Part shown: piece by piece, positions 1 to 9,517 of the stretch
Layout of the letters: each line of letters opens with the position of its first letter
Numbering within the stretch: position 1 is the stretch's first letter
Source of the DNA: an uncultured Planctomycetales bacterium
Lineage (GTDB): Bacteria; Omnitrophota; Gorgyraeia; Gygaellales; Profunditerraquicolaceae
Assembly: GCA_964645795.1 (NCBI GenBank)
Contig: CAZYCL010000002.1
Location: 208,352-272,351 of the forward strand
DNA length: 64,000 bases
Reading direction: 5' to 3'
Position numbers and translations under genes: made by a program
The notes under the pieces: generated by a model
What the model saw: the letters and a program-made list of their open reading frames with translations, nothing else
What the model was told of the DNA's origin: nothing
Database searches by the model: none

Positions 1-959
1 TCATCGCGCAGAGCAGGCGTTTCCCTGGTAGAAAGTATAATGCCGGTATAGGGAACGGAAAGCCGTAAGACCGCGACGATCTTTTTGAAATCATCGTCGC
101 TTACCGCATTAGGCGCACGATCGCAAAACTCTACTCCCAGGGCCGGCTCAATGCGCGGTACGGATATGGTGTGCGGCCCTACGCCGAAACGCTCCTCCAA
201 ATGACCGACATGCGAAAGCATCCCCAGGGTATCAAATTTGAAATCGTATAACCCGTAGAGCAGGCCGATCCCGATATCGTCTATTCCCGCCTTAAATGCC
301 CTGTCAACGGCATCTATCCTGTTATCCGGATCGCTCTTGGGCCCTGCGGGGTGCATCTGTCGGTATGTCTGTTCATGGTAGGTCTCCTGAAAAATCTGGT
401 AGGTGCCGATGCCGGCACTTTTGAGCCTGCGGAAATCTTCAAGCGAAAGAGGGGCGCAATTGACATTGACCCTTTTTATCCTGTGCGCACCGATCCGGGC
501 TGAATATACGGCCTTGACCGCCTCAACCAGATACTCGATATTGCTTTTTCCCCCAGGCGCGGCCTCTCCGGTTACCACCAATATCCTTTTATGGCCGCGG
601 GATAGCAGCCATTCGACCTGCTCTTTGATCTCTTCGGTTGACAGCGCTTTACGCCTTATGGCCTTATTATCGGATTTAAAAGCGCAGTAAAGGCATCTAT
701 TCCGGCAAAAATTACTTATGTAGAGGGGCGCAAACAACACTACCCTCTTGCCGTAGATGCGCTCCTTAACGATGCTGGCGGCCTTGAGTATTTTTTCTTT
801 ATGGGCCGGCTCTTCCGTTGCCAGGAGCACGGCGCTCTCTTCCAGGGACAACCTCTGCAAATTCAGGCTTTTCGCCAGTATGCGCTCAAACTCCCCAGTA
901 TCTGCCTGCCCGGCTTTATCCAGCAAATGATTAATCTTTCCCTCATCTACGTATTTCAT
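1..959 (-). CDS. hydG: Radical SAM protein of the ThiH/HydG family, probable [FeFe]-hydrogenase maturase HydG. It is partial: the C-terminus runs off the window.
   Basis: Minus-strand translation from ATG 959..957 (SD GAGGT 5 nt upstream) gives MKYVDEGKINHLLDKAGQADTGEFERILAK...VVLFAPLYISNFCRNRCLYCAF. The CxxxCxxC radical-SAM motif sits at residues 85/89/92, as in HydG/ThiH. The frame stays open to position 1. The plus-strand ORFs 403..690 and 801..1289 are shadow ORFs. Hydrogenase gene context. Confidence 0.6.
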   Translation of the reverse strand, partial: MKYVDEGKINHLLDKAGQADTGEFERILAKSLNLQRLSLEESAVLLATEEPAHKEKILKAASIVKERIYGKRVVLFAPLYISNFCRNRCLYCAFKSDNKAIRRKALSTEEIKEQVEWLLSRGHKRILVVTGEAAPGGKSNIEYLVEAVKAVYSARIGAHRIKRVNVNCAPLSLEDFRRLKSAGIGTYQIFQETYHEQTYRQMHPAGPKSDPDNRIDAVDRAFKAGIDDIGIGLLYGLYDFKFDTLGMLSHVGHLEERFGVGPHTISVPRIEPALGVEFCDRAPNAVSDDDFKKIVAVLRLSVPYTGIILSTRETPALRD

Positions 960-982
960 GTCCGACCTCGACGTAATATGGT

Positions 983-1234
983 TTACTTGCCTTTACTCAA
1001 GCCTGACTTGACCGAGATGCCCTCGATCTTGCCGAGCTTTCCGGTCAACGCCCCGAGCTCATCCGTGGTCGCATCCACGATGATCACGATAACGCTGTTA
1101 TCGTGTTTTAAATGCGGTATCCCCATTCGTCCGGCAATAAGCTGCCCGTATTCGGTGAGCACCTTGTTGACTTCGGGCGCCGACCTCTTCCTGTCCTCGA
1201 TGACTATCCCCACGAACCCCAATCTCTTTTCCAT
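983..1234 (-). CDS. TM1266-family putative iron-only hydrogenase system regulator (small ACT-like protein).
   Basis: MEKRLGFVGIVIEDR...VIVIIVDATTDELGALTGKLGKIEGISVKS is typical of the small proteins encoded beside hydE/F/G. The preferred start is M16 at 1234, with SD GGAGAGG upstream. The track start is 1279. Confidence 0.6.
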   Translation of the reverse strand: MEKRLGFVGIVIEDRKRSAPEVNKVLTEYGQLIAGRMGIPHLKHDNSVIVIIVDATTDELGALTGKLGKIEGISVKSGLSKGK

Positions 1235-1408
1235 GTTTATCCTCTCCTCGGATTCCGGTGCGCGGGCTTTATGGCACAAGGCTGCCTAAAAAACAGACCC
1301 GGCCTTCCTTGAAATTGACCTGAAGAAAACCGGGTTTCTGTAATTAAGCCCTCGGGTTCAGAAGAATAATCCTTGCCTCAGGTCAACTGATCCGTATTGC
1401 CTATCGCG

Positions 1409-1927
1409 TCATTGCGGTTTTAACTCCTGTTTTGCCGCTGCCTTTCTGTAAGTATTCAATATCTCTATGGTCTTTTTAGGCGTGAGGCAGCCGTAGATCT
1501 TGCCGTCTATCATCATCACCGGCGCCAGACCGCATGCGCCCAGGCAGCGCGCCTCCTGCAAAGTAAATAACCCGTCCGCGCTGGTCTGCCCTATCCCTAT
1601 CTTAAGCTCTTCTTTTAAAGCATCCAGTATATCTCCGGCGCCCTTGATGTAACAGGCGGTGCCCAGGCATATCGCTATCGCATGCTTGCCCTGAGGGCTG
1701 AGATTGAAGTAATGATAAAAGGTCGCAACCCCCCAGATATGCGCCGTGGGTATCTGCATGGTAATGGCTATCTCATCCATGACCTCTTTATCCAGATAGC
1801 CGTAAAGCTCCTGCGCTTTATGCAGAATAGAGATAAGCTGCGCCTCCTGGCGCATGCCCTTGACCGACTCCATGCATTCTTTTAATATTTTTATCTTTTC
1901 GTCTTTTGCTGCGCTTACGCTGCACAT
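1409..1927 (-). CDS. hydC: NuoE-like [2Fe-2S] thioredoxin-fold subunit of the NADH-dependent [FeFe]-hydrogenase (HydC/HndA).
   Basis: VATFYHYFNL...GKHAIAICLGTACYIKGAGDI...CLGACGLAPVMMIDGKIY matches the NADH dehydrogenase 24-kDa subunit family. Confidence 0.8.
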   Translation of the reverse strand: MCSVSAAKDEKIKILKECMESVKGMRQEAQLISILHKAQELYGYLDKEVMDEIAITMQIPTAHIWGVATFYHYFNLSPQGKHAIAICLGTACYIKGAGDILDALKEELKIGIGQTSADGLFTLQEARCLGACGLAPVMMIDGKIYGCLTPKKTIEILNTYRKAAAKQELKPQ

Positions 1928-1971
1928 CTTTTGCCTCCTGTTTCAAATGCAGCCGGACCTGCCCCGAATCC

Positions 1972-3747
1972 CTATCTAACGGTTAACTCGCGCGGCACGA
2001 TGCCCCGGGGTTCTTTTGCCTTATAATGAGTATGCAATAATTTGTGCGACATCTCTCCCAGGGGTTTGCCCAGGAATTCCTTGTAAATCCGGCGGATGTC
2101 GGGGTTGTTGTGGCTGCGCCTGATATTTTTGTGCCGGTCTATGCCGTATAGCGCCTCCGCCCTTTTCTTGAGCACCGCCTCGTCAAGCGCCATGGAGTTG
2201 GAGCCGGCATAAGGCTGCCCTCCCCCTCCGATGCATCCTCCGGGACAACCCATTATCTCCACAAAATGATACCTCTGCGGCTGGCTTCTTACGATATCAA
2301 GCAGCCGATTGGCGTTTCCCAGGCCGTGGGCTACGGCTACGCGAATCGGCGTGCCGTCAAAATCGATGCTGCCTTCCTTTATGCCTTTTAGTCCGCGCAC
2401 TTCATTGATCTCGATATCCATGAGCGTCTCCCCGGTATAAAGTTCGTAGGCCGTGCGGATCGCCGCCTCCATCACGCCGCCGGTAGTGCCGAATATCGCG
2501 CCTCCTCCGCTGGATATACCCAAAGGCTTGTCGAAATCCTCTCCTTCGATGTTTACGAAATCTATGCCCGCCGACTTGAACATCCAGGCTATTTCGCGGG
2601 TGGTAACCACAATGTCTACTGCGGGCAGGCCATTTACCTTCAACTCCGGCCGCGCCGCTTCATACTTTTTGGCGGTACAACACATCACCGCTACGCTTAG
2701 TATCTTTTTCGGCTCCGCCTTGATCTTTGCGGCAAAGTAAGTCTTTATCAGCGCCCCCATCATCGACATCGGCGACTTGCAGGTAGAGACATTCTCGATC
2801 AGGTCCGGATAAAACTGCTCCATGCACTTCATCCAGGCGCTGGAACAGGAGGTTATCATGGGCAGCTTGCCTTTGCCCTTGATTCGCATAAGCAGCTCGC
2901 TGGCCTCCTCCATAATGGTCAGGTCCGCGGATAGCTGCGTATCGAATACGTAATCGAAACCGAGCCTGCGCAGGGCCGCCACGGTCTCTTTTTCTTTATT
3001 GGTCCCCACGGGAAAACCAAAGGCTTCGCCGATTGCGGCGCGCACCGAAGGGGCGAATTGAACAACTTTAACATAATTCTCATCCTGAAGCTTCTCGAAC
3101 AACTCCTGGGTATAGTTACGCTCCAAAAACGCCGCGGTAGGGCAAACATTTATGCATTGCCCGCAAGCAGTACATACACTGTCGCTAAAAGGCATCTCAT
3201 AAGCCGGCATGACCACGGTCTTAAAGCCCCTGTGGGCGTAACCCAAGGCATTGACCTTCTGGATCTCCGAGCATATGCGCACGCACCTGCCGCAGAGTAT
3301 GCATTTATTCGGGTCGCGTATTACCGCCACCGAAGAAAGGTCCTTCTCGTAATGCTTCTTCTCTCCCTCGAAATGCCTGTGGCGCAGGCCCATAGAATAA
3401 GCCAGTCGTTGCAGCTCGCAGATACCGTCCCGCTCGCAGGTATGACAATCATCGGGGTGATTATCCAGGATCAGCTCTACGATATCGCGCCGTGCCGTGC
3501 GCAGCTCCTTGGTATGGGTCTTTATCCTCATCCCTTCGGCCACCGGATACGCGCAGCTTGCCACGTAATTACGCATGCCCTCGACCTCCACGATGCACAC
3601 CCTACAGGCCCCCTCAATGGAGAGCTTTGGGTGATAACAGAGCCGCGGGATATGATACCCCAGCTTATCCGCCGCCTGCATGATCGTCTGACCCGCTTCT
3701 ACCTCATAAGCTTTATCATTTATATATATGGTCACCGTTTTCTTCAT
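1972..3747 (-). CDS. hydA: [FeFe]-hydrogenase catalytic subunit HydA. It has an N-terminal [2Fe-2S] domain, a His-ligated and two ferredoxin-type [4Fe-4S] clusters, and an H-cluster domain.
   Basis: N-terminal 2Fe-2S and NuoG-like HPDDCHTCERDGICELQ. Two 4Fe-4S motifs: CILCGRCVRIC and CTACGQCINVCP. H-cluster motifs: L1 LPMITSCSSAWMK (variant of TSCCPxW), L2 AVMCCTAKKYE (variant of MPCxxKxxE), L3 EIMGCPGGCIGGGGQP. L1 and L2 were checked by direct re-translation of 2824..2859 and 2677..2685. Confidence 0.85.
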   Translation of the reverse strand: MKKTVTIYINDKAYEVEAGQTIMQAADKLGYHIPRLCYHPKLSIEGACRVCIVEVEGMRNYVASCAYPVAEGMRIKTHTKELRTARRDIVELILDNHPDDCHTCERDGICELQRLAYSMGLRHRHFEGEKKHYEKDLSSVAVIRDPNKCILCGRCVRICSEIQKVNALGYAHRGFKTVVMPAYEMPFSDSVCTACGQCINVCPTAAFLERNYTQELFEKLQDENYVKVVQFAPSVRAAIGEAFGFPVGTNKEKETVAALRRLGFDYVFDTQLSADLTIMEEASELLMRIKGKGKLPMITSCSSAWMKCMEQFYPDLIENVSTCKSPMSMMGALIKTYFAAKIKAEPKKILSVAVMCCTAKKYEAARPELKVNGLPAVDIVVTTREIAWMFKSAGIDFVNIEGEDFDKPLGISSGGGAIFGTTGGVMEAAIRTAYELYTGETLMDIEINEVRGLKGIKEGSIDFDGTPIRVAVAHGLGNANRLLDIVRSQPQRYHFVEIMGCPGGCIGGGGQPYAGSNSMALDEAVLKKRAEALYGIDRHKNIRRSHNNPDIRRIYKEFLGKPLGEMSHKLLHTHYKAKEPRGIVPRELTVR

Positions 3748-3760
3748 CTAATAGTCTCCC

Positions 3761-5548
3761 TCATGCCTTGTCTATCGCCAAAAACTTACAGGCCTTAAGG
3801 CACATCCCGCACTTGATGCATTTTCTTTCGTCTATGGCGTGCTTTGACTTTGGGCTTCCGCTTATCGCGCCTACGGGGCAAATCTTCCTGCAGGCGCCGC
3901 AGCCGACGCATTTGTCGTTGATGGAGTAGGTTAACAGCTGCGCGCAGAAGTGCGCGCGGCATTTCTTTTCCCTGATGTGCTCTTCATACTCGTGGCGGAA
4001 GTTCTTGATCGTGCTTAATACCGGGTTAGGCGCCGACTGGCCAAGGCCGCAAAGCGAGGCCTTCCTTATCATGTTGCCCAGCCGCTGGAGCTTTTCGATA
4101 TCCCCCTCAACGCCCCTGCCCTGCGTAATCCGCGCCAGGATCTCCAGCATTCGCTTGGTGCCTTCGCGGCAGGGGGTGCATTTGCCGCAGGACTCGTTCT
4201 GAGTAAATTCCAGGAAAAATTTGGCGATATTGACCATACAGGAATCTTCATCGATGACGATCATGCCCCCGGAGCCCATGATCGAACCGGCCTTGGCCAG
4301 CGATTCGTAATCGATCGGCGTGTCCAGGTACTCTTCGGAAAGGCACCCTCCGGACGGGCCGCCCGTCTGGATAGCCTTGAATTTTTTATTCCCGGGGATG
4401 CCGCCTCCGATATCATAGATGATCTCCCGCAGGCTCGTGCCCATGGGGACTTCCACCAGCCCAGTATTATTGATCTTGCCGGCCAGGGCAAATACCTTGG
4501 TGCCTTTGCTATTTTGCGTGCCGATGGAGCTAAACCACTGCGCGCCCTCGATGATGACGACCGGGATATTCGCCCAGGTCTCGACATTATTGATAAGCGT
4601 AGGCTTATCGAATAACCCCTGGACCGAGGGGAACGGCGGCCGCGGCCGCGGCATCCCGCGGTGGCCTTCGATGGAATGGATCAGCGCAGTCTCTTCCCCG
4701 CAGACGAAAGCCCCGGCTCCCAGCCTTATCTCTATATCAAAGGAGAAATCCGAACCCAGGATATTGGCCCCCAGGAAGCCTTCGTTTCGCGCATCGGCTA
4801 TCGCCTTCTCAAGCCGTTTTACCGCCAGCGGATACTCCGCGCGAATATACACTATTCCTTTGCGCGCGCCGATTGAGAAGCCTCCGATTATCATGCCTTC
4901 GATTATCGTATGCGGGTCGCCTTCGATAGTGCTCCTGTCCATAAATGCCCCCGGATCGCCCTCATCGGCATTGCAGATCACGAACTTTTCATCGCTTTTT
5001 TCTCTGGCAGTAAGCTCCCATTTGATCCCGGTGGGAAAACCCGCCCCGCCTCTTCCGCGCAAACCCGACTTCTTTACTTCCGCGACCACCTGCTCCGGGG
5101 TCATCTGGGTCAGGACCTTGGCCAGCGCTTCATAGCCTCGTACCGAAAGATAATCATCTATGCTCTCCGGATCGATTATCCCGCAGTTACGCAAAGTAAT
5201 GCGCATCTGCCTGCCGAAAAAGTTCATGTCCCCGAAGGTGCGAAAGAACCTGTTGTATAAATGGTCTTCTTCTATGATAAGGCGCTTGACCTTCTGCTTT
5301 TTCTCAAAGTGCGCCTCGACGATCTCAGGGATGTCCTTTTGCGCTACCCTGCCGTATATGGTATATCCCGGATGAACGATCATCACGGGGCCGTTTTTAC
5401 ACATACCCAGGCACCCGGATATATTGATCCTGACTCTGGAAGCCAGGCCCCTCTTTTCCAGCTCTCTTTCGATTACGGCCTTTAGCTCCTTTGCGCCGTT
5501 CTGCATGCAGCCGGTGCCTGAACAGAGGGTTATAACATACTTGGACAT
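3761..5548 (-). CDS. hydB: NuoF-like flavoprotein subunit HydB of the bifurcating [FeFe]-hydrogenase (NADH/FMN-binding). It has an N-terminal 2Fe-2S domain and two C-terminal 4Fe-4S ferredoxin motifs.
   Basis: Motifs GRGGAGFPTGIKW, CNADEGDPGAFMDR, CGKCTPCREG, CVGCGACRKICPVG and CIKCGMCLKAC. The preferred start is M16 (MSKYVITLCSGTGC) at 5548 with SD AAGGAA. The track start 5593 lies inside a hairpin. Confidence 0.85.
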   Translation of the reverse strand: MSKYVITLCSGTGCMQNGAKELKAVIERELEKRGLASRVRINISGCLGMCKNGPVMIVHPGYTIYGRVAQKDIPEIVEAHFEKKQKVKRLIIEEDHLYNRFFRTFGDMNFFGRQMRITLRNCGIIDPESIDDYLSVRGYEALAKVLTQMTPEQVVAEVKKSGLRGRGGAGFPTGIKWELTAREKSDEKFVICNADEGDPGAFMDRSTIEGDPHTIIEGMIIGGFSIGARKGIVYIRAEYPLAVKRLEKAIADARNEGFLGANILGSDFSFDIEIRLGAGAFVCGEETALIHSIEGHRGMPRPRPPFPSVQGLFDKPTLINNVETWANIPVVIIEGAQWFSSIGTQNSKGTKVFALAGKINNTGLVEVPMGTSLREIIYDIGGGIPGNKKFKAIQTGGPSGGCLSEEYLDTPIDYESLAKAGSIMGSGGMIVIDEDSCMVNIAKFFLEFTQNESCGKCTPCREGTKRMLEILARITQGRGVEGDIEKLQRLGNMIRKASLCGLGQSAPNPVLSTIKNFRHEYEEHIREKKCRAHFCAQLLTYSINDKCVGCGACRKICPVGAISGSPKSKHAIDERKCIKCGMCLKACKFLAIDKA

Positions 5549-5614
5549 TTTAGCGTTCCTTTTATGTGAAGCCGCGCCTGCGCTTATCCGCATGCCCGTC
5601 CTAGACGGGCTAAC

Positions 5615-5974
5615 TCACTGGATTACCCATTCCTTTACTACTTCGCCTTTTTTTAAATGCCTTTCCACGATCTCGATGGCCGCCTCCCTGGTGACCTTGC
5701 CGTACTTAACCGGGATCTTTCCTTCCTCAACGACTTCAACCGTCGGCTCAAGATTGCAGCGTCCGGCGCAGCCCTTTTGGCTCAGATATACATCGGTAAG
5801 CCCGCCCTTCTTAACCGCGTTCTCAACTACCGCCAGTACGTCTTTGGAGCCGGCGGCGATCTCGCAGGTAGCCATACCCACAAATACCCTTTTGGTAGAA
5901 AGGAACCCTTTGGAGTTGATGCGGTTTATCGCTTCGGTCCTCTTCTTCTTTATAATCTCAAGTGGCGTCGGCAT
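5615..5974 (-). CDS. Small thioredoxin-like [2Fe-2S] ferredoxin, an HndB-like accessory subunit of the NADH-linked hydrogenase.
   Basis: 119 aa containing GMATCEIAAGSKD...GCAGRCNLEPTVEV. It lies between rex and hydB. The assignment is architecture-based. Confidence 0.55.
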   Translation of the reverse strand: MPTPLEIIKKKRTEAINRINSKGFLSTKRVFVGMATCEIAAGSKDVLAVVENAVKKGGLTDVYLSQKGCAGRCNLEPTVEVVEEGKIPVKYGKVTREAAIEIVERHLKKGEVVKEWVIQ

Positions 5975-5977
5975 CTC

Positions 5978-6616
5978 TTATCCCTTTGCCGCCTTTGTCT
6001 TGCCTGCGGCGTTAACGAAATAGACCACGTTTTCCAGCTCAAGCTCGACATTTATGTTGTTGACCACGCATTCTTCCGGCACCTTAAGCCTTATGGGCGC
6101 AAAATTCAAGACCCCTTTGATGCCCGCGGAGAACATGATATCGGCGACCTGCTGAGCGGCAATATCGGGAGTGGCGATGATCCCGATCCTGACTTGGTTA
6201 TTTCTTACGAAATCCCTCATCTGGTCCATGGGCAGCACCGGCGCCTGTGCCTGCCCGCCAAACCTCGCCGGGTCGATATCAAAACCGGCAATGATCCTGA
6301 TCCCTTCCTTTTCAAACCCCTGATAACGCATGAGCGCGGTGCCGATATGGCCGGCTCCGGCAACGATTACCTTCTGGACCTTGTCCTTGCCCAGTATCGT
6401 ATTGAGCCGCTCGATGAGCACATCTATCTGATACCCGCCCCTTTTGTTTCCTCCGAGCCCGAACAGGGAGAAATCCTTACGCACCTGAGAGGCGCTAACC
6501 CCTATGGCATCGGCGAGGTTATCCGAGAAGACCTTGACAAAACCCAGCGCCTGCAGCCTGTATAAAGCATTCTTATATCGGGACAGCCTTATAATACAAT
6601 TCTTATTGGTAATCAC
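5978..6616 (-). CDS. rex: Redox-sensing transcriptional repressor Rex.
   Basis: An N-terminal winged helix (RLSRYKNALYRLQALGF) and a Rossmann-like NADH-binding domain (VIVAGAGHIGTAL). GTG start at 6616 with SD AAGGAG. It is the first gene of the hydrogenase operon. Confidence 0.85.
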   Translation of the reverse strand: MITNKNCIIRLSRYKNALYRLQALGFVKVFSDNLADAIGVSASQVRKDFSLFGLGGNKRGGYQIDVLIERLNTILGKDKVQKVIVAGAGHIGTALMRYQGFEKEGIRIIAGFDIDPARFGGQAQAPVLPMDQMRDFVRNNQVRIGIIATPDIAAQQVADIMFSAGIKGVLNFAPIRLKVPEECVVNNINVELELENVVYFVNAAGKTKAAKG

Positions 6617-6719
6617 TTTATTGCTCCTTATTTCACAATAATTATAAAGAGTTTATCATATTTTTAGAATTTGTCAAGGCTTGTCCGAATGTTTATTCAC
6701 AAAAAGATGTTTAGGCGGG

Positions 6720-7151
6720 TTAAAAGCTTACTTTACTGCCTGGAGAAATGTTATGCCGGCGCGCAAACCCGGCTTTTACCTCAAGGGCATACTGATATGG
6801 CTTGCGGGGGGTTATCTGACGGCAGCGGGCCTGGCACGGCTGGGCATATTCCGTGATCCCTGCAACTGTCTTATCCTTTCCTATCCATATGATATCGATG
6901 GGAAACCTCATGTTCTTCATCCAAAAACCATAGCGGCCCTCCTGCTCAAACACAAAGAGCATCCCCTGATCCTCGCCTAGATGCTTTCTGTGCATGAGCC
7001 CTTGCATTCTGTTGGCTTCGGTATCGGCGATTTCGGCATTGACGCAGTAGCCGCTAAAGCAGACCTTGACGGTCTTTGCCCAAAGGGATAAGCCCGGGGC
7101 ACCCAGGACCAGAAATAAAACCGCTGTCACAGATACGAATGCTCTTTTCAT
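6720..7151 (-). CDS. DUF192 (COG1430) family secreted protein.
   Basis: Signal peptide followed by MLFVFEQEGRYGFWMKNMRFPIDIIWIGKD, characteristic of DUF192. Likely start MKRAF at 7151. Confidence 0.6.
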   Translation of the reverse strand: MKRAFVSVTAVLFLVLGAPGLSLWAKTVKVCFSGYCVNAEIADTEANRMQGLMHRKHLGEDQGMLFVFEQEGRYGFWMKNMRFPIDIIWIGKDKTVAGITEYAQPCQARCRQITPRKPYQYALEVKAGFARRHNISPGSKVSF

Positions 7152-7212
7152 AAACAAAACTGGCGGCAGAGTTTTTCTGCCGCCAGCCCGCGATAAGACT
7201 ATTTCCTAAAGC

Positions 7213-9498
7213 TTAGAAGCCCGCTTCAGCGCCGCATTTCTTGAGGCTGAGCTTTCCGTGCTTTGAGTATACGATCGAACCGAAGATAAGCATGGCGCAA
7301 ACCACTATTGCCACTACCACCGGTAAATCGGTATTCTTGTATTGTATAAGGATGGGGGCTGCCAGCAAAGACACAAGGTTAATGACCTTGATCATCGGGT
7401 TCAATGCCGGACCGGCAGTATCCTTGAGAGGATCTCCCACCGTATCGCCGACTACGCTGGCCTTATGGCACTCCGAGCCCTTGCCGCCGTAAAGCCCGTC
7501 TTCGATAAGCTTCTTGGCATTATCCCAGGCGCCTCCGGCAGAAGCCATAAATACCGCCAGCAGCTGGCCCGACAGGATCGTGCCGGCCAAAAACCCTCCC
7601 AGCGACTCGACTCCCAAAAGCATCCCTACCAGCAAAGGGCTGACCACGCCGATCAACGACAGGCCGATAAGCTCCCTCTGCGCGGCAACGGTGCAGATAT
7701 CCACCGTCTTCTTATAATCAGGCGCCACCTTTCCCTCCATTAACCCGGGGATATGGAACTGCCTCCTCACCTCTTCGACGATAAGGCAGGCCGCGCGCGC
7801 CACGGAGTTGATGATCAGGGACGAAAAGAGCCAGGGTATGGCCCCTCCGATAAGCATGCCGATGAATACCGCCGGCTCCGAGACGCGGATACCTGTAGCC
7901 ATAAGCCTTAAGTTCTCGGCGATACCCAGCTGCCCCTGGACGTTGGTGACATCGGTAAGGAACGAACCGAAAAGGGAGACCGCGGCGATTACTGCCGAGC
8001 CGATGGCCACGCCCTTGGTAATGGCCTTGGTGGTATTGCCTACCGCGTCCAGGTCTGCCATGATCTGGCGGCTTTTTGCATCCATATGCGCCATCTCGCC
8101 GATGCCGTTGGCGTTATCCGCTATAGGACCGAAAGAATCCATGGCCACGTTGTTGCCGGTAAGCGTAAGCATACCGATACCGGTCATGGCCACGCCATAG
8201 AGGACATAAATTACCGGCTGACCCCAGTAGATCAACACCGCCAAAAGGATGGTCGCGGCAATGACCAGGATCTGCCAGACGGAAGACTCAAAACCTATGG
8301 CCAGGCCCCTCAATATCAGGGTAGCGGAACCGGTCTTGGAAGCAGCGGCGATCTCTTTTACCGGATCGTGTTTGGTATGGGTAAAATACTTGGTGACCTC
8401 ATCGATGACGATAGCCAGGAGGATACCCACGCCTACCGATAAAAACGCGCGCCATTCATGCATATAGAACATGGCCAGGAAAAAGAATGCCGCTATTGAT
8501 ATCGCGGCAGAAGTATAGAAACCTAGGTTAATGCTTGAAAAGGCATCCTGCCTTTCTTCCTCGTTCTTCTTTCCCTTGACCAGGTATGTCCCGAAGATGG
8601 AGGATATTACGCCTATGCCGCGCACTAAAAGCGGAAAGACTATCCATTTTAGCTCACCCGTCAAAGATACCAGCGCCAGCCCCAGGATCAAGCCGGAGAC
8701 GATGGTGACTTCATATGATTCGAAGATATCCGCTGCCATACCCGCGCAGTCGCCGACGTTATCACCGACCAGGTCCGCTACTACCGCGGCATTCCTGGGG
8801 TCATCTTCAGGGATGCCTTTCTCGACCTTGCCTACCAGATCTGCACCGACATCGGCAGCCTTGGTATAAATACCGCCTCCTACCCTCATGAACAGGGCAA
8901 GGAGCGTGCCGCCGAAACCAAAACCCAGAAGCACATCGGGTGAGGCCACGCCGAAAATGATAAAAATGGAAGTGCCGCCTAAGAGCCCGAGGCCGTCTGT
9001 AAGCATGCCGGTGATGGTGCCGGAGCGGTAAGCGATCTTCAAGCTTTCGGAGAAGCTGGTGCGCGCTGCCGAGGCCACGCGCACATTGCCTTCGACCGCC
9101 ATGCGCATGCCGAACTGCCCTACCATCAGCGAAAAACAGGCGCCCATGACAAAAGCAATGGCGCGGCCGAATCCGACGATCAGCCTTATCTGATCCGGGT
9201 TAAAGTTATGAAACCTCTCCAGCGCCTCCGCAGTCGGAGGGATGACATAAACGGAGAAAAACAACACACCGGTAAGGATGAATATCAATGGCAGGATGCT
9301 TTTTAACTGGCGGTTGAGGTAGGCATCCGCCCCCAGGCGGATGGCGTTCCAGACCTCCTGCATCTTATCCGTGCCTTTGTCCTTCCTCATGATCTGGGCG
9401 CGCAGGAAAAGCGCGTACCCCAGACCGATAAAAGAAATAAGAAGAACGCTCATTATAGACCAGAATTCGAATTGGCTTGCTCCGCTTAAACCTAACAT
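7213..9498 (-). CDS. hppA: Membrane-bound H+-translocating pyrophosphatase, K+-independent type.
   Basis: GGIYTKAADVGADLVGKVE, DNVGDCAGMAADIFESY and 16 predicted TM helices. The motif GNTTKAITKG has Lys at the A/K position, which indicates K+-independence. Confidence 0.9.
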   Translation of the reverse strand: MLGLSGASQFEFWSIMSVLLISFIGLGYALFLRAQIMRKDKGTDKMQEVWNAIRLGADAYLNRQLKSILPLIFILTGVLFFSVYVIPPTAEALERFHNFNPDQIRLIVGFGRAIAFVMGACFSLMVGQFGMRMAVEGNVRVASAARTSFSESLKIAYRSGTITGMLTDGLGLLGGTSIFIIFGVASPDVLLGFGFGGTLLALFMRVGGGIYTKAADVGADLVGKVEKGIPEDDPRNAAVVADLVGDNVGDCAGMAADIFESYEVTIVSGLILGLALVSLTGELKWIVFPLLVRGIGVISSIFGTYLVKGKKNEEERQDAFSSINLGFYTSAAISIAAFFFLAMFYMHEWRAFLSVGVGILLAIVIDEVTKYFTHTKHDPVKEIAAASKTGSATLILRGLAIGFESSVWQILVIAATILLAVLIYWGQPVIYVLYGVAMTGIGMLTLTGNNVAMDSFGPIADNANGIGEMAHMDAKSRQIMADLDAVGNTTKAITKGVAIGSAVIAAVSLFGSFLTDVTNVQGQLGIAENLRLMATGIRVSEPAVFIGMLIGGAIPWLFSSLIINSVARAACLIVEEVRRQFHIPGLMEGKVAPDYKKTVDICTVAAQRELIGLSLIGVVSPLLVGMLLGVESLGGFLAGTILSGQLLAVFMASAGGAWDNAKKLIEDGLYGGKGSECHKASVVGDTVGDPLKDTAGPALNPMIKVINLVSLLAAPILIQYKNTDLPVVVAIVVCAMLIFGSIVYSKHGKLSLKKCGAEAGF

Positions 9499-9517
9499 CT
9501 TTGCTGCCTCTCCTTTC

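Noticed and set aside
403-1289. Plus-strand ORFs 403..690 and 801..1289
   Set aside because: They are low-complexity shadow ORFs opposite the well-supported minus-strand HydG-like and TM1266-like genes.
5657-6565. 302-aa plus-strand ORF
   Set aside because: It lies antisense to rex and the HndB-like gene, has no recognisable motifs, and is a typical GC-rich shadow ORF.
6617-6720. Possible full Rex operator upstream of rex
   Set aside because: Only TTGTGAA half-sites are present, at the RBS and near a TTGACA box. No 18-bp inverted repeat was found, so no operator is called.
6681-6980. 99-aa plus-strand ORF overlapping the DUF192 gene
   Set aside because: It is antisense to a gene with a clear signal peptide and family motifs. 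It has no RBS and no support.
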